From the NCBI RefSeq assembly GCF_006345805.1, contig NC_043001.1:29326001-29390000 (forward strand): a stretch of DNA of 64,000 nt. Direction: 5' to 3'. The position numbers and the translations under genes are program-made. This stretch comes from Octopus sinensis (lineage: Eukaryota). Below, one piece after another: positions 1 to 13,157 of this stretch (positions within the stretch are counted from its first letter, which is position 1; each line of letters starts with the position of its first letter). The notes beneath the pieces were generated by a model. That model searched no databases and was not told the origin of the DNA. It worked only from the letters and a program-made list of their open reading frames with translations.

Positions 1-104
1 CAGGGTCACCAAGTAACTTAGCAAGGCAAGAAATCTTTGAGAGAAGAGGGGAAGGGGCCATTGAAGGAGGTGATCTTCTGTCAGATGATGAAAGGTCAGA
101 ATGT

Positions 105-385
105 GACAGAGAGACAGGAACAGATGTCTAGCTGCAGAGGCGGTACATAGTTACCCAGCGAGAGTTAACAAAAATGAGGGCAAAAACAGGTGTGCTGCTG
201 AAGAGGAGGAACATGATTACCTAAAAAGAGAGGGGGAGTTAACAAGAAAGAGATGTCATGCTGTAAAGGAGATACATGGTTACCTAGCCAGAGGTAGGAG
301 AAAGAGGGAGAGAGAGTGATCAAGAATGAGTCAGAAACAGGTTTTTTGCTGTAGAGGAGGTCCATGACACCTCAACCAGAGGGAA
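105..385. repeat. Four degenerate copies of a ~70-75 bp unit (ACAGGTGT..GCTG.AGAGGAG.TACATGGTTACC) inside a repeat in an OGDH intron
   Basis: Unit recurs near 115, 185, 250 and 335. Confidence 0.5.
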
Positions 386-815
386 TAGCAAACGAAAGAG
401 AGAGAAAGTAGGAGACAGCAAGAGCAGGAGAGGGATGGTAGTAAGGGCCAGGGTATGCTCACAAGGAGCAAAGATCAGGGCATAGATGGGATGGTAGAGT
501 AAGGAAGAGAGAGATGAATGGTGGCAGGTGCTGGCAGAGTATTGCCAAGAGGTTGCAAGTAGAGAGTTGGGGTGGGAAATGAATTAAAAAATGAAAATGT
601 AAAATAGATTAAGCAAATTTACAGAATCAGAAGAATTTTTGAAATACAGTGTAACCTCAGTTACAAATGTGCTTGGAAGATTTCCTCTCTTCTTCTTCAT
701 TATTTTCTTAAGAGAAATTAAGATCAATTTAAAATAAACCTCTGAATTATTCATATGGTTGCAGAGTAGACTGCTTTTGACTTGTGTATATTGTTCTTTT
801 GTCTGTTTCTTTTAG

Positions 816-995
816 ATTGGTTTTACAACTGATCCTCGTGTATCGCGGTCATCACCTTACCCTACTGATGTTGCTCGAGTAATCAATGCTCCAATATTTC
901 ATGTGAATGCTGACCATCCCGAAGCTGTGATATATGTTTGCAAAGTAGCCTCTGAATGGCGACATCGATTCAACAAAGACGTTGTGATTGATCTG
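816..995 (+). CDS. OGDH: OGDH exon (IGFTTDPR...KDVVIDL), 60 codons
   Basis: tttag acceptor at 811-815, GTAAAT donor at 996, phase 0/0. Confidence 0.96.
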
Positions 996-3900
996 GTAAA
1001 TTCCATGTCTTTTTACTGCTTGTTTGGAGTATTTTAAACTTCTGTTGTTTTTTAATTTAATCATTGAAACACATGTAAAAAAAAAAAAAATTTTTTTTTT
1101 TTAGTCTACAAAGAAGCTTATCAACTAAAACACCTTGTCAGTAATTTCGATGTTTCGGTCGCATATTTCTAAATATTTGCAAAAGTATTATTAAAAATAT
1201 GAAAATATATTGGCTTAGTTATATTTTAGTTTAGCAGAATAAGCATTAATTTGGAAAAAGTGAAGAATATTTTAACATTCTTTTCCAATAATTTGATTTT
1301 GAAAATCTCTACCAAAATATTCGAATATCTTTAATTTTGATTGTTCTTCATTAGATTATGCATTTCCAATGTCTTTTTCTTACCTGCTTTATACTGTTGA
1401 AGGTGTCGCAGAGAGAGTGAACTCCTGGATATCCTGCCAATTTCAGAATCTCTTAGGGTTGCTATATTGGAGTTGTTTCCTGCTATTATTCCTGGCTCAT
1501 AAGGATGGCAAGCTAACAAATATTAATTAATTATACACGACTCCTACTCTTATGTTTGTAAGCTTTATCTACAACATTACCTATTTGCAGCTAAATGAAC
1601 TGAACCAGCGAGTGTTTAGTATTGTGGCTATCAGACTGTACAGCTTGGTGATGGGATTCGAAATGTCGTCAAACATTCTGCAACTAGTCACTCACTGTCA
1701 ACAAATCTGCTCCTCTACAAGATGTTTCTTTTAACTGGAAACTTGTGAAAGTTTTTGCAATTTACATATGTACATGTATATATTCACCCGACCCTTCACC
1801 CCTTCACATATATACTCATACTTTTTTTTTATTGCGTAGTTTTGTTTTTATTAACAATATCAGGCTCCGTAATATTTAGATAGCTAGAAAAGTATTTTTT
1901 CATACTTTATTTTGGTAATTTAAAAAATTCATTAGAATAGTTTTTTTTTTTTTTAAATACAGTAACATTTTTAATTGTACATTTTATAGAAATTGGAACA
2001 ATGCAATGTATCTTTTAATACTAACAATAAGGTGGTTGAAGTGCTTACTCTTGAATTCTTTACCATCCTTCATTGTGTTTATTGATGTACATTTTTCAGC
2101 CATCATAACTTTGTGGAATTGATCTTCAATGATAAATTGCAAATATGCAAATTTAAGCTTGTATCAATATTTTTAAAGTGAAGATAGTGTAGGATAAGGT
2201 GTGCTATGAATTTAGTTGGACAAATTTTCCTTTATACATTGTCTAACCTTGCATAATGATAGAGTATATGGTATTCCCTAGATTTAGCTTAATACTATCA
2301 GCCACTAATTTGCTCTATATTTAATTTTTAATTTTTAACCGTACTTGCTTATTAGTAGTATACCATTGATCTGCAATATATATTTTAAACACTATTATTG
2401 CCAGTTTTACATTTAATTGTTGAAGTAAGTTGTTTCCTTGTGTATATGTTTCTGTCTTTTCTGTGTATTTTAATGTACAAAACAGCTATCTCTGATGTAA
2501 TCTTGGATTATATATGGATCTTTTACAGGTGTGCTACAGGCGAAGTGGACACAATGAAATTGATGAACCCATGTTCACTCAACCTCTTATGTACAAAAAA
2601 ATTGCCAAACAGCCGACTGTATTAGCCTCCTATGCTGAGAAATTAATTCATTCTGGCATTGTGTCTCAACAGGAATATGAGGTGTGTATTAATGTTACCT
2701 TCATAAATAAGTTTTTGTTTTCTCTACACTTGTAACAACTTCTATCCATGATAGCATAGAAACTAAACATAAAACAATAATGATGATAGATATTTACTAC
2801 ATAATAATAAACATTTTAGCTTTCACTCTATTTCATCTCTCAATTATGTTTAGCCTCATTATCTATCAATTTCATCATTGTTACTTAAATGTCTATGGAA
2901 GCTAAGAATTACACACACACACACACAAACACACAGGTCCAACATTGAGCAGATATTATGTGTAAATTGTAAACTTCAGTTTTATATAAAGCTGATCTAG
3001 TATCTTCTTTATTTGCTTAATTACAGGATGAAGTGGCTAAATATGATAAGATCTGTGAAGAAGCCCACTTAGCCTCCAAGAAAGAAACAGCTGTACGTAA
3101 CCGGGATTGGCTGGATTCTCCTTGGAGTGGATTCTTTGAAGGTAAAGATCCAATGAAATCGCCTCTGACTGGTATTGATGAAGAGACATTGCAACATATT
3201 GGAATGAGCTTTAGCCTTCCACCTGAAGATTTTGAGTTACATAGAGGTAAGCTTTATTTTCATTGTATTTCTATTTTAACTGCCTTAAGTTTCAGTTGGC
3301 AGTTTGTAAGGATCTAGCCTTCTGATTAAAGGTCAGTGGTACGTTTATTGGTAAGTATATTGATATACTTGCACTGGTGTTATATCTTTGATGCTCTTGA
3401 AAAAACTTGCTAAGAAGATTGAATTTTACATATTTTAATTTTTTATTTTTATAAAATATGGGCAACAGTAGAGGACATTAGCTAATAAGAGAGATAACAA
3501 AATCGAATAGAGGATGTGTGAGATAAAAGCTGAGGGATAAATCTTTGCAATGGACATAACAGCATTATGAAAAAGAAAAAAACATGAAGAGAACTCTATC
3601 ATACTTTAGACACTCAGTACCTAGCATAAAGCCACTTTCCTCTCAAATACCTTTCCCCCTACTCAGTCACTTTTCTTGTCTTGCAAGTTACTTAGCAACC
3701 TTGCTAGTAGCAGTGGTCTGGAAAAGAACCAAGTAATGTGGTTGGCAGGAAAGTCATTCAGTTGTTGAAACCATGATAAAGCTGGCACTGGAGTTCAGTG
3801 CAGCCCTGCAGCTCACGTAGTCCTGTCAAACTATCTAACCTATGTCAGCATAGAAAATGGATGTTAAAAGAGGATGATGAAGACCACATTGAGTATTTGC

Positions 3901-6900
3901 AACACAGGAGAGAAAGAGTTCAAGAAAACAGTAATTTCTATGCTGGTCATCATTATGACATTGGCAAATATACTTTCTGTTCATCTGAGTGCAAACGGGT
4001 GAAACAGATAGTATTGCTTATCAACAGTGTAGTCACAATAATTGACAAGCATTTGAAAAGCCTCTACATGATCATTAGTCTTGCTAGAAAAAAGAAACAT
4101 CTCACTCAAACATCTTTGAGATGGAAGGGCACATGATAATGTAGTCCTAGATATGCTATCCCGGAAAATAAAATAAACCTTTGAGGCTAAATAACAATAC
4201 CGACATCATCTACTCTGAAATCATTATTAACATACTAATGAGCTATATTTTATAAATCTTTAATATTATATCTTAGCATTACGGCAAGGCAGCTTACTAA
4301 TGATATTAACTTGGTTTCAGTCTGCTACAATTGTTCTATAGTGTTACTAAATTCACCCTCCTTCCTCCTTTATACATTCCCAAAATTGACACCATTTGGA
4401 TTAATATAAATAGATTTTAAAAAAATTTGAGAACTTTTAATTCACTCTGTAATTCTAAACTAATGCAAGCTTGCAAGAGATTTTTTTTTTATTGCTTCAT
4501 CTAAAATTTAAAAGGTTAAAGAAAATGCTTTGTATTTTGTATCAGGTGTGAAACGTATTTTGAAGTCACATGAAGATATGGTCAAAAACCGTATTGCAGA
4601 TTGGGCTCTCGGTGAGGCCTTGGCATTTGGTTCACTTTTAAAAGAAGGTGTTCATGTACGTTTAAGTGGACAAGATGTAGAACGTGGAACTTTTAGGTGA
4701 GTTCATCTTTTCTTGTGGTATAACTTTTGATATAATTTTTTTTTTCATGTTTTCTTTTTACTTTTATTATTAAAGTTCTTTGGTGGTGGGGTGGGCTGTT
4801 GAACTAAGATCACAAGTTTAAACCAAGTTAATGCTTTTTCTCTGAAATTAGGTGTTAACCTTGCTTTAAGTAGTTTGTATATTATGAAAACAGAATCTTT
4901 ACTTAGGAACTCAATCAAAATTATAAAATAAATTTACTTATTTGAACTTGTGAAATTGTTTTCTTTGTAAGTTGAGCTTTTAAAAATTAACTTGAATTTG
5001 ATTTAACATATTGCAGTATGACTGCACTTAATTAGGATTAGATTTTTATTTTAGCAAACTGGCTTAATAAAGTTCCTGTCTGGTTTTACTTAATTTTATT
5101 TTCCATGTATATAGTATTTTATTCTATTATATATTATAGCACAGTGCTTTAGTAATAGTGCTGATTTACTCATTTACAATTTATATGAGTTTTGATACTA
5201 CACAAAGTATTGTATATGATATTTTCAGAGACTTAACATTATGTATGTTTTAATTTCATTTCAGTCATCGCCACCATGTTTTACATCATCAGAATATAGA
5301 TAAGAAAACATTCATCAGTCTAAATCACTTGTACTCTGACCAAGCTCAGTACATTGTGTGCAACAGTTCTCTTTCTGAATTTGGAGTTCTTGGTGAGTTG
5401 GTCATGTGTATTTTTTTTCATCTGTAAATTATCCTTTTGTTATTAAGCATTGGGAAAAATTTATACTTTTGGCTGTTTGGCAAAAGAAGAAATTGCTCTG
5501 TAATGAAAGTATTTTATTATTGAATGAATTTTCATTATGATTAGCGTGTTTTTTTTTTTTTGTTTTTTTTTAATTACAATCATGATTATGCATGTTGATT
5601 TTGCTACTGTGTAGTTGTAAGTTGGATCTGACTAGCATTTTCGGCATTTTCTGCTATAGTTTCAGCTCATCTAAAACTTCAGTGAAAAGTTGTAGGCAGA
5701 AACTGTTTGGACACCCATTGGGAATATATCTGCAGCCAAGCAAAATCATTGTGTTGATACCTAATTTATTTCCCTTTATGCTAATGTTTACTTCATACTC
5801 CTTCCTTTACAATAAATTCTATAAAATAAATACCTCAAAAACCATCCTGGAGGCAGTGCCAGAATATGGCAACAGGCCAATAGCTGAACCCGATAAAAGA
5901 ATATATGTGCGTTTTGCTTACATACACACAAACATTTTGGTTTGGGTTGAATTAAAAATAATTTTACTTCTAAGGTAGTTTTTTTTGTTGCTGTGGTCCC
6001 TTATTCCTCAGCCTATATAGTATAGGAAAATAGAAAGATAAAGATCAATAAAAGAAATTTAAATGTTCTAAACTACTTTTATTTATCAATAAACCCACTG
6101 CGACTAAAGAAATGAACAGTTTTATTTACTGTTTGTTTTATGTTCCTTAATTTTTACCAAAAAACAGTTTATAATATAGATTTGAAATGTAGAAAGTTTT
6201 TGCATGTTTATGTATTTTTCCTTTTATATTTTATTCTAGTATAATATAAATCTTGTTTAAATTTGTAATTTCTATATTCCTCCATTCTAAATAGGTTTTG
6301 AACTTGGATACTCAATGACAAACCCAAATTCTTTGGTCATATGGGAAGCTCAATTTGGAGACTTTCACAATACTGCACAGTGTATTATTGATCAGTTCAT
6401 TTCAAGTGGTCAAGCCAAATGGGTACGACAAAGTGGTTTAGTAATGCTCTTACCTCATGGTTATGAAGGAATGGTACGTATCTAGTTTTTGTCCCTTACT
6501 CCCTTCTTAAAAGTATCTGTTTTTTTTTAATAATGTTTATTATATTCATCATCATCATTTAATGTCCCTTTTTCATGCTGCATGGACTGGACAATTCGAC
6601 ATGGAGTTGGCCAGCCAGGGAGCTGTCTGGACTCCAGTTGTCTGTTGTGGCATGGTTTCTCTGGCAGGATGCCTTTCCTAATGCCAACCACTTTACAGTG
6701 TGTGCTGGGTGCTTTTTACATGCTACTGGCACATGTGCCTTTATGCAGCAATGGCACAAGTGCATTTTATATGGCACTGACACCTGTAAAGGACTAGCCA
6801 AACGATTTTACTTAGCTTAGAGCATCTTCTCTAGTATAGTAAATTGTCACATCTCCCAGCCCCTTGTCACTTCCTCAGTGAGGCCCAGTGTCTGAAGATC

Positions 6901-9900
6901 CTTTCTCACCACTTCATCTTATGTCTTCTTGGGTCTACCCTTCCACAGGTTCTCTCCACAAGCTCAGCACTTCTTTATGCAGCTGTCATCATCCATATGC
7001 ATCACATGACCAAACCAGTGCAGTCTTCTCTCTTTCATGCTACATTTGATTCCTCTTATACCCAGTTTTCCTCGTAAATCATTTACACTCTGTCGTGCAT
7101 GCACACTGACATGCTTTATGTTGTTCTGATTAAATCATATCAAAGGAGATATTCCTTTAAGTTTTAAAAAAAGTAAGCTAATTAACTTGATGAAACAATA
7201 TAGTTTTTTTTTTATTCATGATTTTGACAAATTGTCATTTTACATGAAGTAGAATTTCTTATTAATTTCGAAAAATATCCTTTTCTGCTAACATGTTTTT
7301 GAGCATTGCCTTTAATTCATTTTCATTTAATTTTGTGTATATCATAATTCTGTAATATACCACTTATCCGATTGAATATTCCAGCTACATATGTAGTTCT
7401 CTATAAGTCACACTTGTGCTTTGTAGACAGTCAGGATATATTGGCTTGCCATAAAAAGGAAGCTTGGCCTTTGAAATACAGTGGTTGCATTATAAATTAT
7501 CTGATATTGTAAAAGTCTCAATAAATGCTTATAAGACTGAAGGAAAAGGAATTATAACAAAATTTGAAAATTGAAAAGAATTTGTATTTAAGGAATGTTT
7601 TGTCTTAGATCAACAGTATTGATCCTAAAAAGCTAATTTTTGCTTCATATGAGCAGTTATGATAATTGTTTGTTAAAGAGATACTTTTTAATTTTTTTTT
7701 TTTTTTATCAATGTACCTTTCTTTAGAAATGCATTTTCATACTATTGTTTTTCTTCTTCAGGGCCCTGAACATTCAAGTGCTCGTTTAGAAAGATTTCTC
7801 CAAATGTCCAATGATGATCCTGAATTTTATCCTGTAAGTCAAGTTCTTCATTGAAAACGCTAATTCCTAACTTGTAGTTTCGAATTGTTTCCCTTGGATT
7901 GCATTTTATTCATCATCATCCGTTTTCCATGCTGGCATTGGTTGAATGGTTTCACTGAGGTTTGGAGAGCCAGCGGCTGCACCAGGCTCCAGTCTGGTCT
8001 GGCAGAGTTTCTACTGCTGGATGCGCTTCCTGATGCCAACCACTCTGAGAGTGTACTGGGTGCTTTTATGTGCCACCGGCACTGGAGCCAGTATGGCGGT
8101 CCTGGAAACGAACAGTTTCGGATGGTGCTTTTCAAGTGCTACCGGCACAGGAGCCAATCAGGGGGTACTGTCATCTGTCACGATCAGTTGGTGCTTTTTA
8201 TGTACCAGCGGCACAGGAGCCAGTGAGGCGAACCTGGCATCGACCATGTTCAGATAGTGCTTTTTACGTGCCATCGGCACGGGAGACAGCCAGGGGTCAC
8301 CAGCCCAAGCTAGGTTATTGGTTTCACTTGATTCAACAGGTCTTTTCAGTGATACAATTCATACATTTTAATTAACCAAACTGAAGATAATTCCAGCTCA
8401 CCAAAAGAACAGGAATGGCACCCTACTGTAAAGCATTTGCAGATTTCTCTGTAAAAATGTACGACCAGTCAATTTTTAGTGTAAAATACAACTCAAGTTT
8501 ATTTCATAATATTGTAAAAGGGTATAAAAAAAATTCAATGGAACTAACTCAGAAGAGTTTTAATCTTTGAGTGATATAAAATTTAAGACTGAAAAATAAA
8601 TATTCTTATATTCATTAATTCTTTATATACTAAATTTATACAAAAAAAAAAGAAAATAATAATAACGTTCACTAAATATGACTAAATCTGTAAAGTACTG
8701 GTAGGCTATCAAATAATTTCCACTCTATGTTTTGTTTTTTGAGACCTCCCTTTCACTGAAAAATAGATAGCAACTTTCTCTCTGAAATTTACTTGTGATA
8801 GCTTAATATCTCTATATTAGGAGATTGATTCAATGTTAGAGAAGCCAGAATTAAGACCCTTCTGCTTCATGAAACTGTTTTAACATTAAACATTTTTTAG
8901 AAGATGTAGTGACTTCAAACAGTATTTTGTTTGTATTAGAACATATTAGTCATCAGTTGTAATGAAGATAATTTTTTTTAAATATTTGTAGCCTGAAAGT
9001 TCAAGTTTTGAAATGCAACAACTACACGAGATCAACTGGTTTGTTTGTTACTGCTCTACACCTGCCAACTTATTCCATGTGCTAAGGAGACAAGTTGCCC
9101 TTCCTTTTCGCAAGCCTGTAAGATTTTAATTATTTTTTTCTTTTTCTTATCAAAACTCTGTTTTCATACTTTGGTGCAATATTATTGCAACAATTTCAGT
9201 TTTCGTCTGTAGTAGTTTGGGAATTACTTAGAATTTGAGTAGAATTTTCTTGTAATAAAATTAGTATGTATGTGGATAATTGCTGCTACAGCAGCAACAA
9301 TAATTTCGTGTACCTTGACTTATTCTCAGAATTAGATTTTTGTTCTTTCATTTTGCAAAACATTAATATATTCACAAGGCTAAGTTATTCTGACTGGCTA
9401 GCAATTAATTCCACCTAGAAAGTACAGTTAGGTAACAAGCAATCCAAAATTATATTCTGCATGAACTAAAGGAGTTACTCTTGTGAGGAAATGTGAATTT
9501 ACAATGATTTTCATTGTCTAACTATCTTATGTTTCTGATGGCATAATAAAATGTCTTGTCAGGAATATGGACTAAGAATTGTTAAAGTGTTGGGATAATT
9601 GTTATGCAGTATTTATTCATGGTCTCTACATCCTGAGTTCAAATCTCACCAAAGTCAGATTTCAGTTTCTGGTAAGAAAAAGACTGTATAAAGATGTAAG
9701 AAAAGGACATACCTTATTTGAAATCATGCAGGGTGGGGAAGAGTGCAATTGGATGTAAAATGGTGATTGTACTTCAATTTTGATAGCATATTGATCCCAC
9801 CAATGTGAGAGGGCCTGCAAATATGTTAGTTAGTTAGTTAATTTTTTGGCTCAAAAAGCAAAAAGCAAGGCCATGTAGGGGGACATGGAGTTATGTACAG

Positions 9901-12900
9901 GGTGGTGTTCATGTAAATAGTTCAGGCCACTTGAGGTCAAGGGAGACTTTGAACCAAGCAGTCGTCGGCATCTTCACCATCTCGTCTGGCAGCTTATTCC
10001 ACGGATCCGCAACCCGGACGGAGAATGCCCCTCTCCTTCGATTGAGATGAAATCATCGCAGATAGAGCTTTTCGGAATGACCCCGCAGCCGACGCTCTGG
10101 AGCAGGAGTGAAGAACAGCTCTTTCGAGAGGTTACACTTTCCGCTTATGTTGTGAGCAAGAATGAGATCTCCACGGCGTCGTTTTTCTAGTGAATAAAGG
10201 TCGAGTGTCTTCAGCCTTTCTTCATAAGACAAATTCTTGAGACCAAGAACCATGCGGATAGCCAGCTGCTGGACTCTTTCGAGATGCTGTATGTCTTTGA
10301 GGAGATAAAGAGAAGAGGCTTGAATCCCGTACTCCAATATTGTGAGCACTACTCTCTTATTAATTTTGAAAGACAACTAATTCTCAGTAAAAGGTGTCAT
10401 GGAATTCTGAAGAAGGGATGTATGAGTCTGTAGTATATTTGGTTTATAGGACATTTATGTTAATTTCCAGTTTATCAAGAATTGTAGCTTTGTAATTTCT
10501 GAAGAACTCAGTTGTTACCTTTCTTTATTTTTCTTTCCTTGTAGCTTATCATCATGACGCCAAAGAGTTTATTACGTCTGCCAGAAGCCCGATCCAGCTT
10601 TGACTTGATGACTGACAATACAGCATTCCAGCGTGTCATTAAAGAAGCAGGTCCTGCCATGGACAATGCCTCTAATGTAAAGAAATTAATTTTTTGTACT
10701 GGCAAAGTCTACTATGAACTGGTAAAAGAACGGGAGAAGTTGAAAATGGTGGATAAGATTGCTATTGCTAGAGTTGAACAGGTTTGTTTATTCTTTATTC
10801 CTTTATGATATTTAATAAAATTAATTTTTCTCAAGTTCTGACTTTTTCACACAATCTTTTAAAACATATGAAAATGTCTCAATGCACAAAGTTAATATTT
10901 AATTTAGGTATATAATAGGTTTAAAGTGAAGGTGCATGACCTACTGGTTAGGGTGTTTGGCTCATGATCTTATGGTTGTGAGTTCAATTCATGAACCAAG
11001 CAGCCTGTTGTGTTCTTGAGCAAGGCACTTCATTTCATGTTACTCCATCCAGTGGACTCAGTTGAAAATAAATACCAGCCAAATGCTGGTGCAGCCCTTG
11101 CCAAGAGGATGTCTATGTCTGCTTGCATCTACTACATGTGCACCTAAAACAAATAGTAATAGCGTTGTACATACTATTAGGCCACACTCACTTGCGAGTG
11201 ATGGCTAAGCTTAAGAATGGTATGCAAACAGATTCTCAAAAATGTTCCCAACTATGGTTAATTTTTGTTTTTCAGATTTCTCCTTTCCCATTTGATTTGG
11301 TAAAAGAAGAAATAACACAGTATCCTCGAGCTGAAGTTGCTTGGTGTCAAGAAGAACACAAGAACATGGGAGCATGGGGCTATGCTGAACCTCGATTCAG
11401 AACTGTTCTTAAGAAAATGAATAGCAGGAAAGAAGTACAGTAAGTATAGATTTTGTTTACTTTACACAGTTTTTGTTGATTTTACTAGACATTTGTTTAT
11501 AATCTGTCAAAAAATATTTAGATCTTTGTCTTAAGGCAGTCAGTAATTAAGGTATGTTTCACAACTACAGGTTTCCAATTTCATATTTACTACATAGTTC
11601 TTTGGGAAAGTTTTTCCTGCTACAACTTTAGACCTATATCTTGAGTGAGGTTTGGTAGATTTAACTCTGTGAAAATGAGTAGTGTTGAGCAGGAATATCT
11701 CCCTTTATGTCTATAATGTTATTTGTCTTTCATTTCTCATGAGACTCATAATATAAGTAACTGGGGTGAATAAAATGAAAAAAAAAACATTCTTTAAGGC
11801 AGAGTTCCAGTATGGCCATAGTTCATTTATTGAAACCAGCTAAAGGATAGTCAGTTCAACTGAATACACTTAGGAAAGACGACCTACCTTTTTTATTACT
11901 TAGAGGAGGAAGGGCAATGTCCATGACATTTTAATTGTAGGGTCTCTGATACTAGTGAGAAGAGATAGGAAAGAACTGAACACCTTGAAATGTTTGCACG
12001 AGATTAAATTCTGCTAAAGGCACTAAGGAGCTCAGTTGTATTGAGACTGGGCAATAGCAAGTACATTTCAAATGATGGGTTCTCCTCAGGTGTCAGTTTC
12101 TGTTTTTCCACTTTTCCTCACAAGGCAGTGGCAGGAGACACAGGCCCAACATTACATGTTATAAGATTGAACCTGGAACTATTTGATTGTTAAGCATACC
12201 TTTTGACCCGATGGCTTGTCAGTGCCCATGTGCTTTTGTTAGAAAATTTTTTTTAGAGATTTTAGTGTCTTGAATAACTATTAATAATAACTGACAAATA
12301 ACTATTAAATGTTCTTTATAATTCTGTGTCTGCAATATTTCTTCGAATAGTTAACAGTAATAAGCTATAATGTTATTTAAATAATATTGCTGAAACTATG
12401 AGCTGCACTGGAAATAATGCAAAGATGGCCATAACTTTTTATTAACTGATATAGGTTTTTCAAACTGCACATGTTGGTAGAGTAACTATTCTTCTGTACA
12501 AAGTTACTTGTCAACATTATCTCCATCAAAAGTGATGCATTTGCATCAGTGTTGAACCGACTCTTAAACCATCTTTGGCAAAATCAGTTGTATGCTTTAT
12601 CTACTCGTGTCTTCACAGCCACTTTCTCCTCATCTCTGTCATCAAATTTTACTTGGTGTGATGGGTCTTCTTCTCAAGCATGGCATAATGCCAAATAGAC
12701 TCAGTCATTGCCTCTGTGAGGCCCAACACTCGAAGCCTGGAATAGTGTCAAATGGTCTCGGTCCTTGCTTCCATGAGGCCCAACCCTCAAAAGGTGCTTT
12801 TATGTGCCATTTGTGTGACACCGGTATCTGCCCCAACTGCAGTTTTACTTGGCTTGATGGGTCTTCTTCTCAAGCAGAACAAAATGCCAAAGGTCTTGGT

Positions 12901-13153
12901 CATTGCCTCTGTGAGGCAATGTAAATTATTTCTAACAGTCATTGTACTTCATGGTTTTCATTGCTGTTCTATTTTATTTCTTTCAAACTAAATTTTTACT
13001 GTTTTAACTGTCATGGAATACACTTCTTGATAAAAATTTTTTTTTTATTACAGATATGTAGGACGCTATCCTTCTGCAGCTGCTGCAACTGGCAATAAAC
13101 ATATGCATACAATGGAACTGGGTCAGTTCTTAAAGGAAGCCATGTCAATATAA
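816..13153 (+). CDS. OGDH: 2-oxoglutarate dehydrogenase E1 component, mitochondrial; 3' part, 11 exons (5' exons lie upstream of the window)
   Basis: Exons 816-995, 2529-2681, 3027-3246, 4546-4696, 5265-5392, 6295-6473, 7762-7833, 8992-9117, 10545-10781, 11276-11439, 13054-13153 total 1710 nt, splice in frame via GT-AG and give [108 protein letters not shown], all hallmark OGDH/SucA motifs. Confidence 0.98.
2529..2681 (+). CDS. OGDH: OGDH exon ([14 protein letters not shown]...QQEYE), 51 codons
   Basis: ttttacag acceptor, GTGTGT donor at 2682; inside ORF 2514-2735. Confidence 0.96.
3027..3246 (+). CDS. OGDH: OGDH exon ([12 protein letters not shown]...WLDSPW...FELHR)
   Basis: ttacag acceptor, GTAAGC donor at 3247; phase 0/1. 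Confidence 0.95.
4546..4696 (+). CDS. OGDH: OGDH exon ([15 protein letters not shown]...[13 protein letters not shown])
   Basis: atcag acceptor, GTGAGT donor at 4697; phase 1/2; not in ORF track. Confidence 0.96.
5265..5392 (+). CDS. OGDH: OGDH exon (HRHHVLHHQ...[12 protein letters not shown])
   Basis: tttcag acceptor, GTGAGT donor at 5393; phase 2/1. Confidence 0.96.
6295..6473 (+). CDS. OGDH: OGDH exon (GFELGYS...WEAQFGDF...LPHGYEGM)
   Basis: aatag acceptor, GTACGT donor at 6474; phase 1/0. Confidence 0.97.
6547..6800 (-). mobile_element. Retroposon family 2 ((GAT)n tail; GGAAGGGCATCCAGCTGTAGAAAC core) in OGDH intron
   Basis: catcatcatttaatgtcc tail then shared body; further OGDH-intron copies at 3700-3885 (+, diverged), 7911-8340 (-), 12630-12920 (-). 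Confidence 0.75.
7762..7833 (+). CDS. OGDH: OGDH exon ([24 protein letters not shown])
   Basis: cttcag acceptor, GTAAGT donor at 7834; phase 0/0. Confidence 0.97.
8992..9117 (+). CDS. OGDH: OGDH exon ([16 protein letters not shown]...[12 protein letters not shown])
   Basis: ttgtag acceptor, GTAAGA donor at 9118; 42 codons. Confidence 0.95.
9825..10345 (-). mobile_element. 5'-truncated CR1/L2-like LINE 3' end with (TAAC)n tail, antisense in OGDH intron
   Basis: Translation [44 protein letters not shown], then after a frameshift [17 protein letters not shown]; tail gttagttagttagtta at 9825-9840. Confidence 0.85.
10545..10781 (+). CDS. OGDH: OGDH exon ([11 protein letters not shown]...FCTGKVYY...ARVEQ)
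   Basis: ttgtag acceptor, GTTTGT donor at 10782; 79 codons. Confidence 0.96.
11276..11439 (+). CDS. OGDH: OGDH exon (ISPFPFD...[10 protein letters not shown]...RKEV)
   Basis: tttcag acceptor, GTAAGT donor at 11440; phase 0/2. Confidence 0.96.
13054..13153 (+). CDS. OGDH: OGDH terminal coding exon ([15 protein letters not shown]...EAMSI*)
   Basis: ttacag acceptor; CA+A completes Gln; TAA at 13151-13153. Confidence 0.96.
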
Positions 13154-13157
13154 TAAA
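13152..13157 (+). promoter_or_regulatory. AATAAA overlapping the OGDH stop codon (candidate proximal poly(A) signal; another at 13433-13438)
   Basis: Sequence TAATAAA at 13151-13157; function not demonstrable from sequence in AT-rich DNA. Confidence 0.3.

Noticed and set aside
10925-11010. tRNA-like A/B box sequences here and at other SINE heads
   Set aside because: No complete cloverleaf; each continues into a SINE body.
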